Notes: generated from the sequence alone by a model not told the origin. Counted from the first letter of the whole stretch, positions 1 through 11,734 are shown. The stretch is 63,936 bases of DNA, filler included, from Globobulimina sp. (GCA_003354225.1; 54 parts of 54 records of this genome joined end to end with filler, not necessarily neighbours in it); one strand, 5' to 3'. A program made the numbers and translations.

Positions 1-96
1 TAGCGGGAGAGCACATTGAATATTATTTGTGTGGCTTTCGAGAGTTTGTAATTCTTGCTTTTGGAGGAGGCCTCGCTTCGCGATTTGTTGCTCCAT

Positions 97-1087
97 TCAA
101 GCGCTTGAAACTGGAAAAAACAAATATCGATTTCTTGATATTTCTGTTGATATAATAAATAATTTACAATCGAATATAAACCCTTTCTCGACGACCACCG
201 CAAAAGATATCCACTTTCGCCATTTAAATCTAATAAATCCAGATATTTCTCTTTCAAATACTTTAATATCTCCAATCGGTCCGACAAAACACATTCGCGC
301 TGCTTTTTTTTAGTTCGCTCGATATCATTTATGGGTAAACTGAATATAAAATGTACAGGTAATTGATTTGAAAAAACACAAAAACATAAAAATAAACATA
401 TCTGAAATAGCAACTACGGTGGAAAAGGGAGAGATTAGCTGTTTGCCGAAGGATTTGAGTAGAAAACTTTTTGTGTGTTTTAGCCATGGAAACGGGATCA
501 AAGTGTACAAGAACCAGCAGCCTAAGCCCATCACAGAGAATATTTCCGGTTCTATGTTGAAGACGCCATCGAACATAAAAGCTAACACGAATAAAATGGT
601 GAAGATCATGGTGGTGACGCTGAAAATGGCCGCAATGTTCCAGACGTGCGGGACTCTGAGCAATGTGGTTGGATCTGCGCCAAATATGAAGGCGTGATTA
701 AATTGGTACTTTTGGAAAACCCATAAATCGCAGCCCCATAACCAGAGGTATATGGATAAGGCCATTGAGGCGCGGAAAATGTACCTAATTAATTATAATA
801 AAAAGTAAATTAAAAAATATGTTGGAAAGGAAGGAATATAAAAATACCATGATCTGTAAACCAGCCACGAGCTCCAAAAGGTGCCATGCAATGTGGCCAC
901 CAAAACGGAGGAAAGCAGCAAAATGGCGATGCTCCAGCCACCGCACAGTCCGATAATACAGGATTCGGTTTGGATTTGCTTGTTTGATGGCGGATGTTTT
1001 AGCCGTTCGATGGCTTCACCCGGTTTCTGGTCATCTGGTTTCAGGTGGAATGCGTATAAATGTTCCAACCGTTTCTGCAGAAACAAA
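97..1087 (-). CDS. SPX-EXS family (XPR1/SYG1/PHO1-like) membrane protein, internal fragment, intron-containing
   Basis: Exons read ..LEHLYA..AIERLKHP..GLCGGWSIAIL..WLVYR / LWLWGCDLWVFQKYQFNHAFIFGADP.. / ..ISPFSTV, matching the end-of-SPX to EXS transition; GT-AG introns near 773-860 and below ~420. Confidence 0.75.
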
Positions 1088-1187
1088 NNNNNNNNNNNNN
1101 NNNNNNNNNNNNNNNNNNNNNNNNNNNNNNNTTAATTAATTAANNNNNNNNNNNNNNNNNNNNNNNNNNNNNNNNNNNNNNNNNNNN
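1088..1187. other. Artificial contig-joining spacer (N44-TTAATTAATTAA-N44); first of ~53 identical spacers recurring every ~1186 bp
   Basis: Identical N-flanked 12-mer giving stops in all six frames recurs throughout; blocks between are unrelated and of near-equal length. Confidence 0.98.
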
Positions 1188-2207
1188 GGGAGGCTCAGAA
1201 GTGGAGAATGCTACAGATTGTATACAGAGGCAGTGTATAGTTCGTATATTAATCAATATGAGGTTCCAGAGATACAACGCAGCGATTTGACGCAATGTAT
1301 ATTGAAGCTAAAGTCGTTGGGCATTGACAATATATTGAATTTCGAGTTCATTTCGGTGCCGCCCATTGTTTGCATTACTTATGCCTTGGAACTATTGTAT
1401 GCCTTGAATGTGATTGACGATAATTGTAAGTTGACGCATCCGTTTGGTGAGATCATCAGTGAGCTGCCGTGCGATCCTCGTATGGGAACAATGTTGATTG
1501 CTTCGGGTCAGTTGGGATGCTCAGAGGAGATATTATCCATTGCGGCTATGCTGAGCATTAAAAATATTTGGACTCATAGAACAATGTCCAAGTTGCAACG
1601 AGCAAAGCAAAATGAAATGAAATTAAGATTTTGTGTGTTGGAAGGCGACCATTTAACTTATTTGAATATATTTAATTCGTTTGTTTTGAATGGCCGCGAT
1701 GGTAATTGGTGTAAGGAGAATTTTGTGGAATATCGATCGTTGAAAAGAGCGAAGGAAATACGACATTTGTTGAAGAAATATTTGATTCATTTCAAAATAC
1801 CATTGGTTTCATGCAAAGAAGATGCAATTTCTGTGTTGAAGTGTATTATAAAAGGATATTTTTCGAATGCTGCGCAGATTCAAACGAATGGGAGTTATAA
1901 AACAATTCGAGGCAATCAAGTGTTGTATCTTCATAAATCGTCCATGTTGTACTCGCAGGCAGTTCCATGGGTGGTGTTTCACCAAATTATACAAACAGAT
2001 TGTGTTTATATGCACGACGTATCTGCTGTTAAACCTACATGGCTTCAACAAATTGCTTCACATTTCTATCAATATAAATCTCTATCTCATTCCCATTCTC
2101 ATTCTCATGAACAATTATCATCGGGAAACAATAAGGAAAAGGCAACACATGAAAAGAAAAAGAAAAGGAAAAAGAAAAAGAAACAAAAAACTCTGCTCAT
2201 TAAATAA
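1188..2207 (+). CDS. DEAH-box RNA helicase C-terminal part (HA2 and OB-fold), DHX35/Prp43-like; 5' truncated
   Basis: GRLRSGECYRLYTE, PEIQRSDL, LKLKSLGI, ALELLYAL, ELPCDPRMGTML, EGDHLTYLNIF, YLHKSSML, WVVFHQ motifs. Confidence 0.92.
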   Translation, partial: GRLRSGECYRLYTEAVYSSYINQYEVPEIQRSDLTQCILKLKSLGIDNILNFEFISVPPIVCITYALELLYALNVIDDNCKLTHPFGEIISELPCDPRMGTMLIASGQLGCSEEILSIAAMLSIKNIWTHRTMSKLQRAKQNEMKLRFCVLEGDHLTYLNIFNSFVLNGRDGNWCKENFVEYRSLKRAKEIRHLLKKYLIHFKIPLVSCKEDAISVLKCIIKGYFSNAAQIQTNGSYKTIRGNQVLYLHKSSMLYSQAVPWVVFHQIIQTDCVYMHDVSAVKPTWLQQIASHFYQYKSLSHSHSHSHEQLSSGNNKEKATHEKKKKRKKKKKQKTLLIK

Positions 2208-2916
2208 CATAAGTCAGTCCACTTTTTTCTAGCCAAAGTAAAACAGTGTCAGTACTGAAATGAGAGAGAATGTCNNNNNNNNNNNNNNNNNNNNNNNNNN
2301 NNNNNNNNNNNNNNNNNNTTAATTAATTAANNNNNNNNNNNNNNNNNNNNNNNNNNNNNNNNNNNNNNNNNNNNGTATTATGTTTTATGTTTAGTATGTC
2401 TTTTGTTTTTTGATTGTTTGTGTACAAATCAAGAAACAATATTTGTTAAATTTAAATAAAATTTACCCACCCGTTCGTACATTATGATCCTTCATTAGTT
2501 ATCATTTCATGAATCATTTATTAGTTATCATCATTTAATCATTTCCCTTTCTTTCAATTTATCTTTCTTCAAATCTTATTATCAATATACTAAATATTAT
2601 ATAAATTATTAAGGAGCAAAAAACGGCATAGCTTATCTCAACAAAAACGGCATAGCTTATACGGATTTTTCATTTTCCCCCATCCTTTTTTTCTTTTCTT
2701 TTCATTTTCAGTTTTGTTTGTTTTCGTGCCCTAGTTATTTTATCCAATTATATAGATTTGTAACAAAATGAAGTGTCTTCAAAACTTCACACTGTGGGTT
2801 CCGGATTCAACGCAGTGAAATTAATACTTAAACAAAAAAAACTTTTATAATATTTACACCGCGTACCGCTAGCGGCGCGGCAGGGAACACAAACACACAA
2901 ACAATGCGTAAACACT

Positions 2917-3461
2917 TTATTGGCCCACAGCGACACTGAATGTACTTATTAATATTATGATCAATAAAGTAATCCAACAACAAAGCGGACACACATTTTT
3001 CTTGCGTTCCCAGCTTTTAATAAACTTCTGCACTTTTATTACTTCCTCATCCTCTTTGGCTTGTTTTGCACCAACTCGGTTCTGTGTATTTTCATCATGT
3101 ATTTCATTTAAAACACCAGCTTCAAACGCATCCAATCCATCAGTGGCTACATATTCTGCCTCCTCTCCTTCATCCACATTCGGATTATGTTGGTATGGAA
3201 TCTCAATCCGTCCCCAATACGAAGCCAACGGATCAATCATAATAAAGATAGACTTAAATAAATTCGCTAAAACCGGTTGCAACAATAACGCAGCGATGGC
3301 ACTCGAAAATAATATAAAAGATCCAAGAGCAAAATCGCTGTTATCCGGACCTATATAGTTTAATAACTGAGTCACATCACAGTCCACCGAGCTATAATTA
3401 TACACCAAATTGAAATCGTCTTTCAATATATTTTCACCGTCGTTAAATACGCGTTGTGTGT
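2917..3461 (-). CDS. Hypothetical membrane protein, C-terminal fragment
   Basis: Open frame to contig edge with two hydrophobic segments and a terminal CPLCC-TM; no family recognised. Confidence 0.5.
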
Positions 3462-3561
3462 NNNNNNNNNNNNNNNNNNNNNNNNNNNNNNNNNNNNNNN
3501 NNNNNTTAATTAATTAANNNNNNNNNNNNNNNNNNNNNNNNNNNNNNNNNNNNNNNNNNNN

Positions 3562-4648
3562 TCGCCGCAATTCGCGCGATGCGGCAATGAAATATTTCTG
3601 CAAATAGTAATATAAGACACTTAATGGTAATATACTTAAAGCAAACCACGGCGTCACCAAACAAACAGCGATCGCAGTGAAGACCAATGAGACAGTGATT
3701 CGTAATGCGGATTGATACGAACTAGGAATGGCTGTATCCACTGCGTAGATATCACGGCTAAATCTGTTAATAATTCTGCCTGTAAAGTGTTAATTTATTA
3801 TACATAAACATAAAAAAACAGATAAAAACGAATTAATATTAATATACAAACCGATCGGTGTGGTATCGAAAAAATACATCGGTGCTCGCAACATTTTGCT
3901 CAATAACACTTCAAATAAATATTTGCTGGCTTTCAATCGCGTAATTAACGCAGTCACAGTAATTAAAACTAAGAAGCATAAGGCAACGCCTTGTATGACA
4001 CAGTAAATATCCATGTACCACCAATTACTTTTGCCTTTGAACTGGTCGTTGCTGAGAAACGCCAACCAAAAATTGCCCATTTGATACGCGCCATAAAAGG
4101 AGGACAAGAAAAAAAGATAAAGTATACATAGCAGCAAACCGCCCGCAGCCTTAACATACAAATAGTAAATACCAAAGGACACATCACCAACTCCACGCTC
4201 TTCCTCTTTGACCAATTCGCCTGTTTTTCTATCATCTGTTACAGATTTTGTTTTTGGAGAACCTCTTTGTTTGGGCGACTTGGGCGAGGATAACAATTCA
4301 TTCTCGTCCTCTTTTGCATCGCTTTCTTCTTCGTCTTCTTCATTTTTGTGGATTATAAAGGCCGTTAAATTGATTTTAGCGTCGATTAAGTCCTGTAATT
4401 TTCCCTGCAATTTAATCAAACCATGTTCCATTACAACCACATTATCCGCGTATTTTAAGAATGACACCGCGTGGGTGGCTAAGATGATTGTTTTGCCTTT
4501 CAATAAACCAATGAAACATTCGTTGAATATATGGTTCGCCACATGAGAGTCCACCGCACTCAAAGGGTCGTCAAATACATATACATCGGCGTTGGAATAG
4601 ACAGCTCGGGCTAAGGAAATGCGTTGTTTTTGCCCACCACTTATTAAT
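3562..4648 (-). CDS. ABCC/MRP-type ABC transporter fragment (NBD1 end to TMD2); intron 3780-3851
   Basis: SGGQKQRISLARAVYSNADVYVFDDPLSAVDSHV (signature + Walker B), EERGVGDVSFGIYYLY, LRAPMYFFDTTPIG|RIINRFSRD, ASRELRR. Confidence 0.95.
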
Positions 4649-4749
4649 NNNNNNNNNNNNNNNNNNNNNNNNNNNNNNNNNNNNNNNNNNNNTTAATTAA
4701 TTAANNNNNNNNNNNNNNNNNNNNNNNNNNNNNNNNNNNNNNNNNNNNT

Positions 4750-5205
4750 CTTCGAAGATGTACTGCCTGCACTGATGGATATGTATTAAATCCAACAACC
4801 AATGAATGTCAACCAAGTGCAAGTTGTGGCGGTTTTGCACATTGTTCAGGCTGTGTACCACCTCAGCCATATGCATCTCAGCCACGGACAGTTGCACATT
4901 GTACTTCGTGTGTTGATGGCTATGTATTAAATACTGATACAGAAAGTAATGAATGCGTCCGTTGTTTGTTGTCTCCCTGGCCCTGTGCCAATCCATGTGC
5001 ACAATTTGAAGGAATTAATATAGTAAATGAACAGCAATGGTTTCGGCATTGTAAAGGACATCCAAATACAAGATGTGAAGGACATGCTGACTGTGTTAGA
5101 GGATGTCATGCAACGTATTTTGATTCTGTTACTGATCAAGAGATTGTTGATTGTGTATTGATTTGGGATTATTATTTTCATCCGCATGGAATTACAACTA
5201 TGTAA
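4750..5205 (+). CDS. Cys-rich CxxC-repeat (furin-like/VSP-like) protein, C-terminal fragment
   Basis: Own translation: RCTACTDGYVLNPTTNECQ..HCSGC..HCTSCVDGYVLNTDTESNECVRC, continuing into ORF 4966..5205. Confidence 0.65.
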   Translation, partial: LRRCTACTDGYVLNPTTNECQPSASCGGFAHCSGCVPPQPYASQPRTVAHCTSCVDGYVLNTDTESNECVRCLLSPWPCANPCAQFEGINIVNEQQWFRHCKGHPNTRCEGHADCVRGCHATYFDSVTDQEIVDCVLIWDYYFHPHGITTM

Positions 5206-5954
5206 AATTTATATTGGATTCATGGCATCGGATATATGACTTCTTCTTTTTTGGTTTTAGTTTGCTTTATGTTTTAGTTTGCTTTATGTTTCGTTGTTTT
5301 TTACTTTATTCTTTCACTTTACTTTTTTTTTGCACCCGTTCATTCACAGCAAGGATGACTAGATCACTTCAAAACAAATTTTTATTTTTTGGAAGAACGG
5401 TGATAAGTACTTAGAATAGAACTAGTTGCGGTAAGAATATTTATTTGAAAATTTCCACAGGAAACAAAAAAAACGTTGAATTAATTTTGCATATGGCGTA
5501 TTTTTTTAATACCTGTGTATACTGTCCACTATCTCCAGTATACAATTAAAGTCTGAATTTGTGTATACAGTCTTATTTGTATATCAATAGACGTGCGTTT
5601 GCCAATCTAGTGGAGTTTGCATCCCCCGTTGGTACGTGTGCAATCACAAATACATTATCAATTAGTGCACATCTGTATATATCAAATAAAGAAGAAGATG
5701 ATGAAATGTCAACTGTTTTGAGCGTGATCATCTCAAACAGCTTTGAGGACTGACTGGCAACACATGACAGAAGAGACAAATAATCCACTAAATCTAAAGC
5801 AACCCGACGCAGAAAATAATGTCATAGAAACAGTTNNNNNNNNNNNNNNNNNNNNNNNNNNNNNNNNNNNNNNNNNNNNTTAATTAATTAANNNNNNNNN
5901 NNNNNNNNNNNNNNNNNNNNNNNNNNNNNNNNNNNAATTCGAAAAAAGAAATCT

Positions 5955-6581
5955 ATGCAAATGAATGAAGAGAAATTAAGTGTAGTGATTGATGGAGAAA
6001 GTGATTTGGAAAAAGATGATTTTAATGCAACCAGAATGAATATTTGTACATTGAGTAAGATGATATTTGTGGATTTCTGGATGTATTCGCTGCCATTATT
6101 TGTGACTTACTTTGGTTATGAAGTCGTGCGAAGTGGTTTTGTGGTAAATATTTGGTCCGACGACAAACTCTTAATTGTATGGTGCGAAGCGAAATTTTAT
6201 GGTGTATTTAATTGGTTTTTTAGAGTTTTTGCAGGAATCGGCAAGTCATCCACAAATATATGGCATACGAAGAAATATTGGATATTTTCAATGATAGTGG
6301 TAATTGTTGGGATATTTATGTCTTTGCTGTATTTATTGCCACAACATTCCGATTTGGTGATGTTTTTTAAAGATGATTTCAACGGATGGATGGTTATCAT
6401 TATTTTGTTGATTATGCCGTTGGGATTTTCATATGGATCTACCTCCGCAAACGTTTATTATTCGATTCGACAAAATGTTAATGATATTAAATTGAGAGAA
6501 TTTGCGCTTGGAAATGTAAGACAAGCTAATACCTATGGTCAGATAGTGGGAAATGTATTAGCTTTGCTAATGAAACGTTGA
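5955..6581 (+). CDS. CLN3/battenin-like membrane protein, C-terminal half
   Basis: YSLPLFVTYFGYEVVRSG, GFSYGSTSANVYYSI, LREFALGNVRQANTYGQIVG parallel the CLN3 motifs PL..VYF.EY..NQG, GG..YVNTF, REFA.G. Confidence 0.7.
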   Translation: MQMNEEKLSVVIDGESDLEKDDFNATRMNICTLSKMIFVDFWMYSLPLFVTYFGYEVVRSGFVVNIWSDDKLLIVWCEAKFYGVFNWFFRVFAGIGKSSTNIWHTKKYWIFSMIVVIVGIFMSLLYLLPQHSDLVMFFKDDFNGWMVIIILLIMPLGFSYGSTSANVYYSIRQNVNDIKLREFALGNVRQANTYGQIVGNVLALLMKR

Positions 6582-6722
6582 ATCTTGCTGATTATGTTTT
6601 TTTTTGACTACTGTAATTTCATGAGATAACTCAGCTTGTTAACTTGCTACCATTCAACAACAACAACTACAAAACTTACTACAAAATAACAAACAAAAAC
6701 ACATTCACTCATTTCAGTCATT

Positions 6723-7022
6723 ATGGAAAATGGCAATGATGTATGCCATATTTATATGTTTCTAAAAGGCGATGCATATATTAGTATTTTACTTTTTTAT
6801 ACAGACACAATTGCAAGAATCAATAAACAATAACGATGATCAAAAATCGCCCTGTCCGATGTGTACTTATTTGAATGAAGCAAATGTAATAAATTGTGAG
6901 ATATGTGGCAATAAAAAACAATCCATACCAAATGATGATAAATGGCGGTGTACAATATGCACATTTTTAAATGAATCGAATGTGGCACACTGTTCAATAT
7001 GCAATCAACCAAAACAAGTTAA
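6723..7022 (+). CDS. RanBP2-type zinc-finger protein, 5' fragment (probable intron ~6741-6804)
   Basis: Two C-x2-C-T-(Y/F)-L-N-x6-C-x2-C fingers: CPMCTYLNEANVINCEIC and WRCTICTFLNESNVAHCSIC. Confidence 0.8.
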
Positions 7023-7123
7023 NNNNNNNNNNNNNNNNNNNNNNNNNNNNNNNNNNNNNNNNNNNNTTAATTAATTAANNNNNNNNNNNNNNNNNNNNNN
7101 NNNNNNNNNNNNNNNNNNNNNNG

Positions 7124-7696
7124 TTTAGTTATACGCGAAGCGAAGAGTTATTATTACGATGGATGGAATTGAGTGCATTCAGTGATACGATGTTCAGATC
7201 GCATCCAGGAAATATACCAAGTAGTTCTTATCAAATATATTCAACGAATGCGACAATAAATCATTTTGTTAAGTTTTCAAATATATTTGGTGATTTAGGT
7301 GAATATAAATTAAAATTAATGAATGATTCATATTTTTATGGTGTGCCACTTGTTCGTCATTTATTTTTTAATTATCCAAATGATGAAAATGTAAGAACAG
7401 TAATTCAACAAATTAAAGCTATCGATAATGACGACAGTCAAAATAAAATGAATGATGAGTATGTTGTAATAAATCAAGAATTTTTATTAGGAGATTGCAT
7501 GTTGGTGGCACCTGTTTTGTATCCAAATGTGACACAAAAAACAATATATTTGCCCAAAGGAGAATGGATCTCATATTGGAATAAACAAATCATTTATAAA
7601 AGTAACGGCCAATTCTATCCAAATATTACTTGTCCATTGGGTCAACCGCCGGTATTTGTTTGTGGCACTTGGAATTATACATTTGCTCGTTTTTGA
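7124..7696 (+). CDS. Glycoside hydrolase family 31 (alpha-glucosidase/YihQ-like), C-terminal fragment
   Basis: RSEELLLRWMELSAF..MFRSHPGN, GVPLVRHLFFNYPND, EFLLGDCMLVAPV, IYLPKGEW, PLGQPPVF. Confidence 0.9.
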   Translation, partial: FSYTRSEELLLRWMELSAFSDTMFRSHPGNIPSSSYQIYSTNATINHFVKFSNIFGDLGEYKLKLMNDSYFYGVPLVRHLFFNYPNDENVRTVIQQIKAIDNDDSQNKMNDEYVVINQEFLLGDCMLVAPVLYPNVTQKTIYLPKGEWISYWNKQIIYKSNGQFYPNITCPLGQPPVFVCGTWNYTFARF

Positions 7697-7805
7697 GTGT
7701 CTTTATATCTAATTATTATTAAAAAACTTACTTGAACTACACGACCAAATTGCATCCTTGAAACAACACCGAAACCCAACACAACCACCCAACACATAAA
7801 TATAA

Positions 7806-8195
7806 ATGGCAAACAACGACAACCCTTTTGATGACCCAGACGTGGTCCAAGCCAGCAGTGGCGGCCCGCCTCCGGCTCCGGCCATGCCACAGCAAGTCTA
7901 CGGTGACGCCAACGCCTACGACGAAGACGACAACGTAAACGTCGATATGGTGGCCGCCGCCGCCAAATATATCCCAGCCGAGCAACAGAAACAAATTGCA
8001 ATCTCCGCCGGCTCCGCAGTGGCCAACCAGGCTGCCAACAAAGTGCAAGAAGATTACAATGACTCCCAACGAACGCAGCAGGACCAACATGAAGCTCCGC
8101 CGCCGCCTTCCTTTTGCGTGAATCTATTCAACTGGTTTCCTTTGCGTATCTTCGCCTTCATCGGCGGCATATTTTTGATCGTAGGGCCATCTTAG
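7806..8195 (+). CDS. Membrane-trafficking-type protein with N-terminal NPF motif, 5' fragment
   Basis: MANNDNPFDDP, Pro/Ala/Gln-rich region then a TM segment; GC-richer codons. Confidence 0.5.
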   Translation: MANNDNPFDDPDVVQASSGGPPPAPAMPQQVYGDANAYDEDDNVNVDMVAAAAKYIPAEQQKQIAISAGSAVANQAANKVQEDYNDSQRTQQDQHEAPPPPSFCVNLFNWFPLRIFAFIGGIFLIVGPS

Positions 8196-8309
8196 ACATC
8201 GCCTTTGGTNNNNNNNNNNNNNNNNNNNNNNNNNNNNNNNNNNNNNNNNNNNNTTAATTAATTAANNNNNNNNNNNNNNNNNNNNNNNNNNNNNNNNNNN
8301 NNNNNNNNN

Positions 8310-9126
8310 CATCCACAAATACCACATTCCAATCCATCACTTTATGACTGATATTCTTGTAAAGCCATTGCAATTCGCTCACTTTTCGACGCACAAAATC
8401 TTGTCCATTTTCATGTGCATTATACATTGGAATAATTACTGTTAAATGCGATTTATTTTCCATTTGTTCTAAAAATAACACATTTAATCTCGAACGCGCT
8501 AAACCTAAACCTAAGAAATATAATAAACCATAATCATTTTGACGGTGATTTCTTTTTTTCATTTGTTGATAACAATGATTTTCAAACTCATTCAATTTGG
8601 TGATAGCTTCAAGCAATGTTTCTGCACATTTTACAAATTTTGATCTTAATATCAATTCTGCCAATGTTATACTCCATTTTTCTTGCTCCCAACTCTGTAA
8701 ATTATACAATGGATGTTGCTTATTTTCAGAAATCATTACATTTTTAATTGCAGAAATTTCTGGGTTTTTTTTAAAAAATTCAGACTCTTTTCCATCATAA
8801 TCTGGCCATTGCTGTTTTACATTTGTATCCGATTTTTTTTCTTCGTTATTTTGCATCATTTTTTTTGTGGTTTCCTGGACCGCGGCACGAAGTAAATTAT
8901 ACATTTCTGATTTCTGTGGCTGATATTTATTATCATTCATGAAACTCAAAAGGGTTTTTGGTGCTTTTGGTGCTTTTTGTGGTTTGGGTTTATTGCCGCT
9001 TTGCGCTAATTTGTCACATGAACATCGCTGATCCATTGGAATTCGTGCTAAAACTCCATCTTTATGTCTGCCACATCCTCCCCATGTATATAATCCACAT
9101 TTTGAACACTTCACTTTGTAACACAT
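8310..9126 (-). CDS. Small Cys/His-rich N-terminal domain fused to a GT2-like glycosyltransferase; 3' truncated
   Basis: MCYKVKCSKCGLYTWGGCGRH..QRCSC at the first ATG; C-terminal HLTVIIPMYN...WNVVFVD matches the GT-A/GT2 start (SVIIP.YN...I.VDD). Confidence 0.6.
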
Positions 9127-9826
9127 TCTCACTGTTTGTTTTTGAAGTAAGTTTGTTTTTTTAGTAACGCACAAAACTTTGTCAATTATCTTCAAACTTT
9201 ATAAGCAAATAAAAAAAATTATAAAATTAAACGATAACACACTTTCCTAATTATAACGTGATGATTACATGGACACAGACAAGGCAGATATGTAACATCT
9301 AAAATATATATACTGTACATATATTAATTTCTACGGCACACATTTCTGTTAATCATGATAGGCTGACGAATTATGTCCGGCAGTCTCCAATTCATANNNN
9401 NNNNNNNNNNNNNNNNNNNNNNNNNNNNNNNNNNNNNNNNTTAATTAATTAANNNNNNNNNNNNNNNNNNNNNNNNNNNNNNNNNNNNNNNNNNNNGAAG
9501 AATGGATCAAATTATATCAAAAATAAAAACTTATTTAGTATTATAAAAACTTATTTATGTCGTATATTTTTATTTTGTTTATCGATATTTTTATATTGTT
9601 ACCTTTTTGAAATGAACTCTGTTTAATTTGTTTACAAACTGTCAGAACAAAAGTATAACAGTTTACTAAAGGAATAAGTGCAAATGGATCAAAAAATATA
9701 ACAATAGCTCATTCAAAATGAAACAAAAAACTTTTAGTTAGGTGTTTTGACCATGCAAAACAATGCGAGGCAGAATGACAAATTTGACCGTAAATTGATA
9801 AAATTGGTCTGGTTGAATTTAGTAAT

Positions 9827-10576
9827 GTGAATTGGAGAAAATATGTGGATTCTTTTTTATTTAATGTATTATTTATTTTCTGGATAATAAAAATATTAAC
9901 AACATTATCAAATGTATTAATGAATGGATATCAAAATACAAGAGTTAGTATATGGCAATGGAAGAAAAAACTGAATGAATTAGATAAAGTAAGCAATATT
10001 ATTGCTTGTACGACACATTTTGAATTTGAATTTAATGATTTTATTGTACCAATTATGGGAATGATTAGATTATTTTATGGATTTAATAAATGTTGGCCGG
10101 GATATCCGGGGTTATTTTTCTGTTTTGAATTTTTTTTAACGCTCTTTAATATGTGTTATTTGTTAATTGTATGTGGATATTTTCTTGATTCGCCATTATA
10201 TAAAATAATTTGTGTGATTATAAATTATAAATGTCAATTAAAGGCATTATCAAAATATCTGCGAATAACTAAACAAGAAATGTGTTCAATTTGTTTTGAT
10301 GCATTTAGTCATGATAAGAATGATAAAAATAAATTATTAATGGGTTGCGGTCATATAATCCATAAACAATGTTTGATTGCATATAGAAACCATGGATTAT
10401 ATGCTTATAACACAGGTAAATGCCCATTGTGTAGATATAATCATCAATTTGAATATGTTTGGCCCATTGATCAAGTAATTCAAGTTAATACATTGTCATT
10501 ATATGAATTGGTCAGCGAAATTTATATCAAAATTACATTATTATTGTGGCAAAATTATACAGAAACCAATTTATAA
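9827..10576 (+). CDS. Membrane-anchored RING-H2 E3 ubiquitin ligase
   Basis: CSICFDAF..CGHIIHKQCL..CPLCR preceded by hydrophobic segments. Confidence 0.85.
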   Translation: MNWRKYVDSFLFNVLFIFWIIKILTTLSNVLMNGYQNTRVSIWQWKKKLNELDKVSNIIACTTHFEFEFNDFIVPIMGMIRLFYGFNKCWPGYPGLFFCFEFFLTLFNMCYLLIVCGYFLDSPLYKIICVIINYKCQLKALSKYLRITKQEMCSICFDAFSHDKNDKNKLLMGCGHIIHKQCLIAYRNHGLYAYNTGKCPLCRYNHQFEYVWPIDQVIQVNTLSLYELVSEIYIKITLLLWQNYTETNL

Positions 10577-10788
10577 CAAACTTNNNNNNNNNNNNNNNNN
10601 NNNNNNNNNNNNNNNNNNNNNNNNNNNTTAATTAATTAANNNNNNNNNNNNNNNNNNNNNNNNNNNNNNNNNNNNNNNNNNNNATTATTTTAATTGCATG
10701 TTCAGTTGTTTTATGTTGTTGTGGATGTATTGATTGTATTGGATTGCTTGGATGGTTTTGTTGTTGTAGAAGAAAAAAAGTGGATAAA

Positions 10789-10836
10789 AAACCTATGGTG
10801 AAGGGATATGGTCGTATCCAAACCTATGGTGAAGGG
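10789..10836 (+). repeat. Direct repeat AAACCTATGGTGAAGGG x2
   Basis: Exact 17-mer at 10789-10805 and 10820-10836. Confidence 0.85.
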
Positions 10837-11206
10837 GAACAGTACGCAAATAAATAGTTTATAATCTCTATTCTAATTCGGTTCTAGATGTTTAAATTAG
10901 TTATTTTTTTTGATATTGTTTAATTGATTGCAGTAAACCTTTTTCTCGAGACAATTTATAAAGGTTTTCATAACTTCACATGAATTCCCTTAAAATAATA
11001 CAAATATTTACAAAACAACACATCCGCCAACTTGCTGATTCTTTTTACTCTCAGCATCAAACAGCAACTTACCAGACACGCTGACACATGAATCATTGTC
11101 CAAATATGCCTTCAAATCCTTTTCATTATCTACATTATACACATGCTTTCCTGCCACAATTCATATACAATTCATACAATATTAAATCATATATTTAAAT
11201 ATATAT

Positions 11207-11734
11207 TTACATACCACAAACTTTACAAAAATTTATGTTTTTATACCTTTTATACTTAATTAACTCACTATGACTATAAGGTTCATCATCATATTCAATC
11301 TGTTTTTTATTGATATTTGCGTCCAATTCCATAATTGATGTATATTCATCACCATATTGTCGATAAAAAGTATCGTTCCGCTTTTCTTGCAAAATTGGAC
11401 ATTGTATAAACCAAATATATCCATCTTCGATTAACGAATTTTTCACCAAAATATCATCAAATTTCAATCCATTCAATATATCGGTTTTATGTTTAAAGCC
11501 AGTCTTTAATGATAATCTTTTCATTGCACCCAATTTTTTTGATTGTGGCAAACCTAAATCGCATCCTTCAATGGCTATATCTTCGATGTCTTTCAATTGA
11601 TTTACATTTTTATAATGATATGTATACGAATTAAAATCTCTGTTTATTGCAAGCATTCTGATTTGATACAATTTATCCCATCGTTTGGTTTGATATTTAT
11701 TTGATATATTTTTAAATCGATTTTTGCAAAGCAT
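11207..11734 (-). CDS. Hypothetical protein exon (probably spliced to an exon below ~11155)
   Basis: 175-aa open frame ending at a GTATG donor-like site; no family recognised. Confidence 0.4.
   Translation of the reverse strand: MLCKNRFKNISNKYQTKRWDKLYQIRMLAINRDFNSYTYHYKNVNQLKDIEDIAIEGCDLGLPQSKKLGAMKRLSLKTGFKHKTDILNGLKFDDILVKNSLIEDGYIWFIQCPILQEKRNDTFYRQYGDEYTSIMELDANINKKQIEYDDEPYSHSELIKYKRYKNINFCKVCGM

Noticed and set aside
1088-1187. Regularly spaced TTAATTAATTAA palindrome as a biological repeat/CRISPR
   Set aside because: Always embedded in N-runs of fixed length; a synthetic six-frame-stop linker
2616-2880. 20-bp direct repeat (CAAAAAACGGCATAGCTTAT x2) and GC hairpin CCGCGTACCGCTAGCGGCGCGG as a Helitron end
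   Set aside because: No correctly placed CTRR terminus and no second copy in the window
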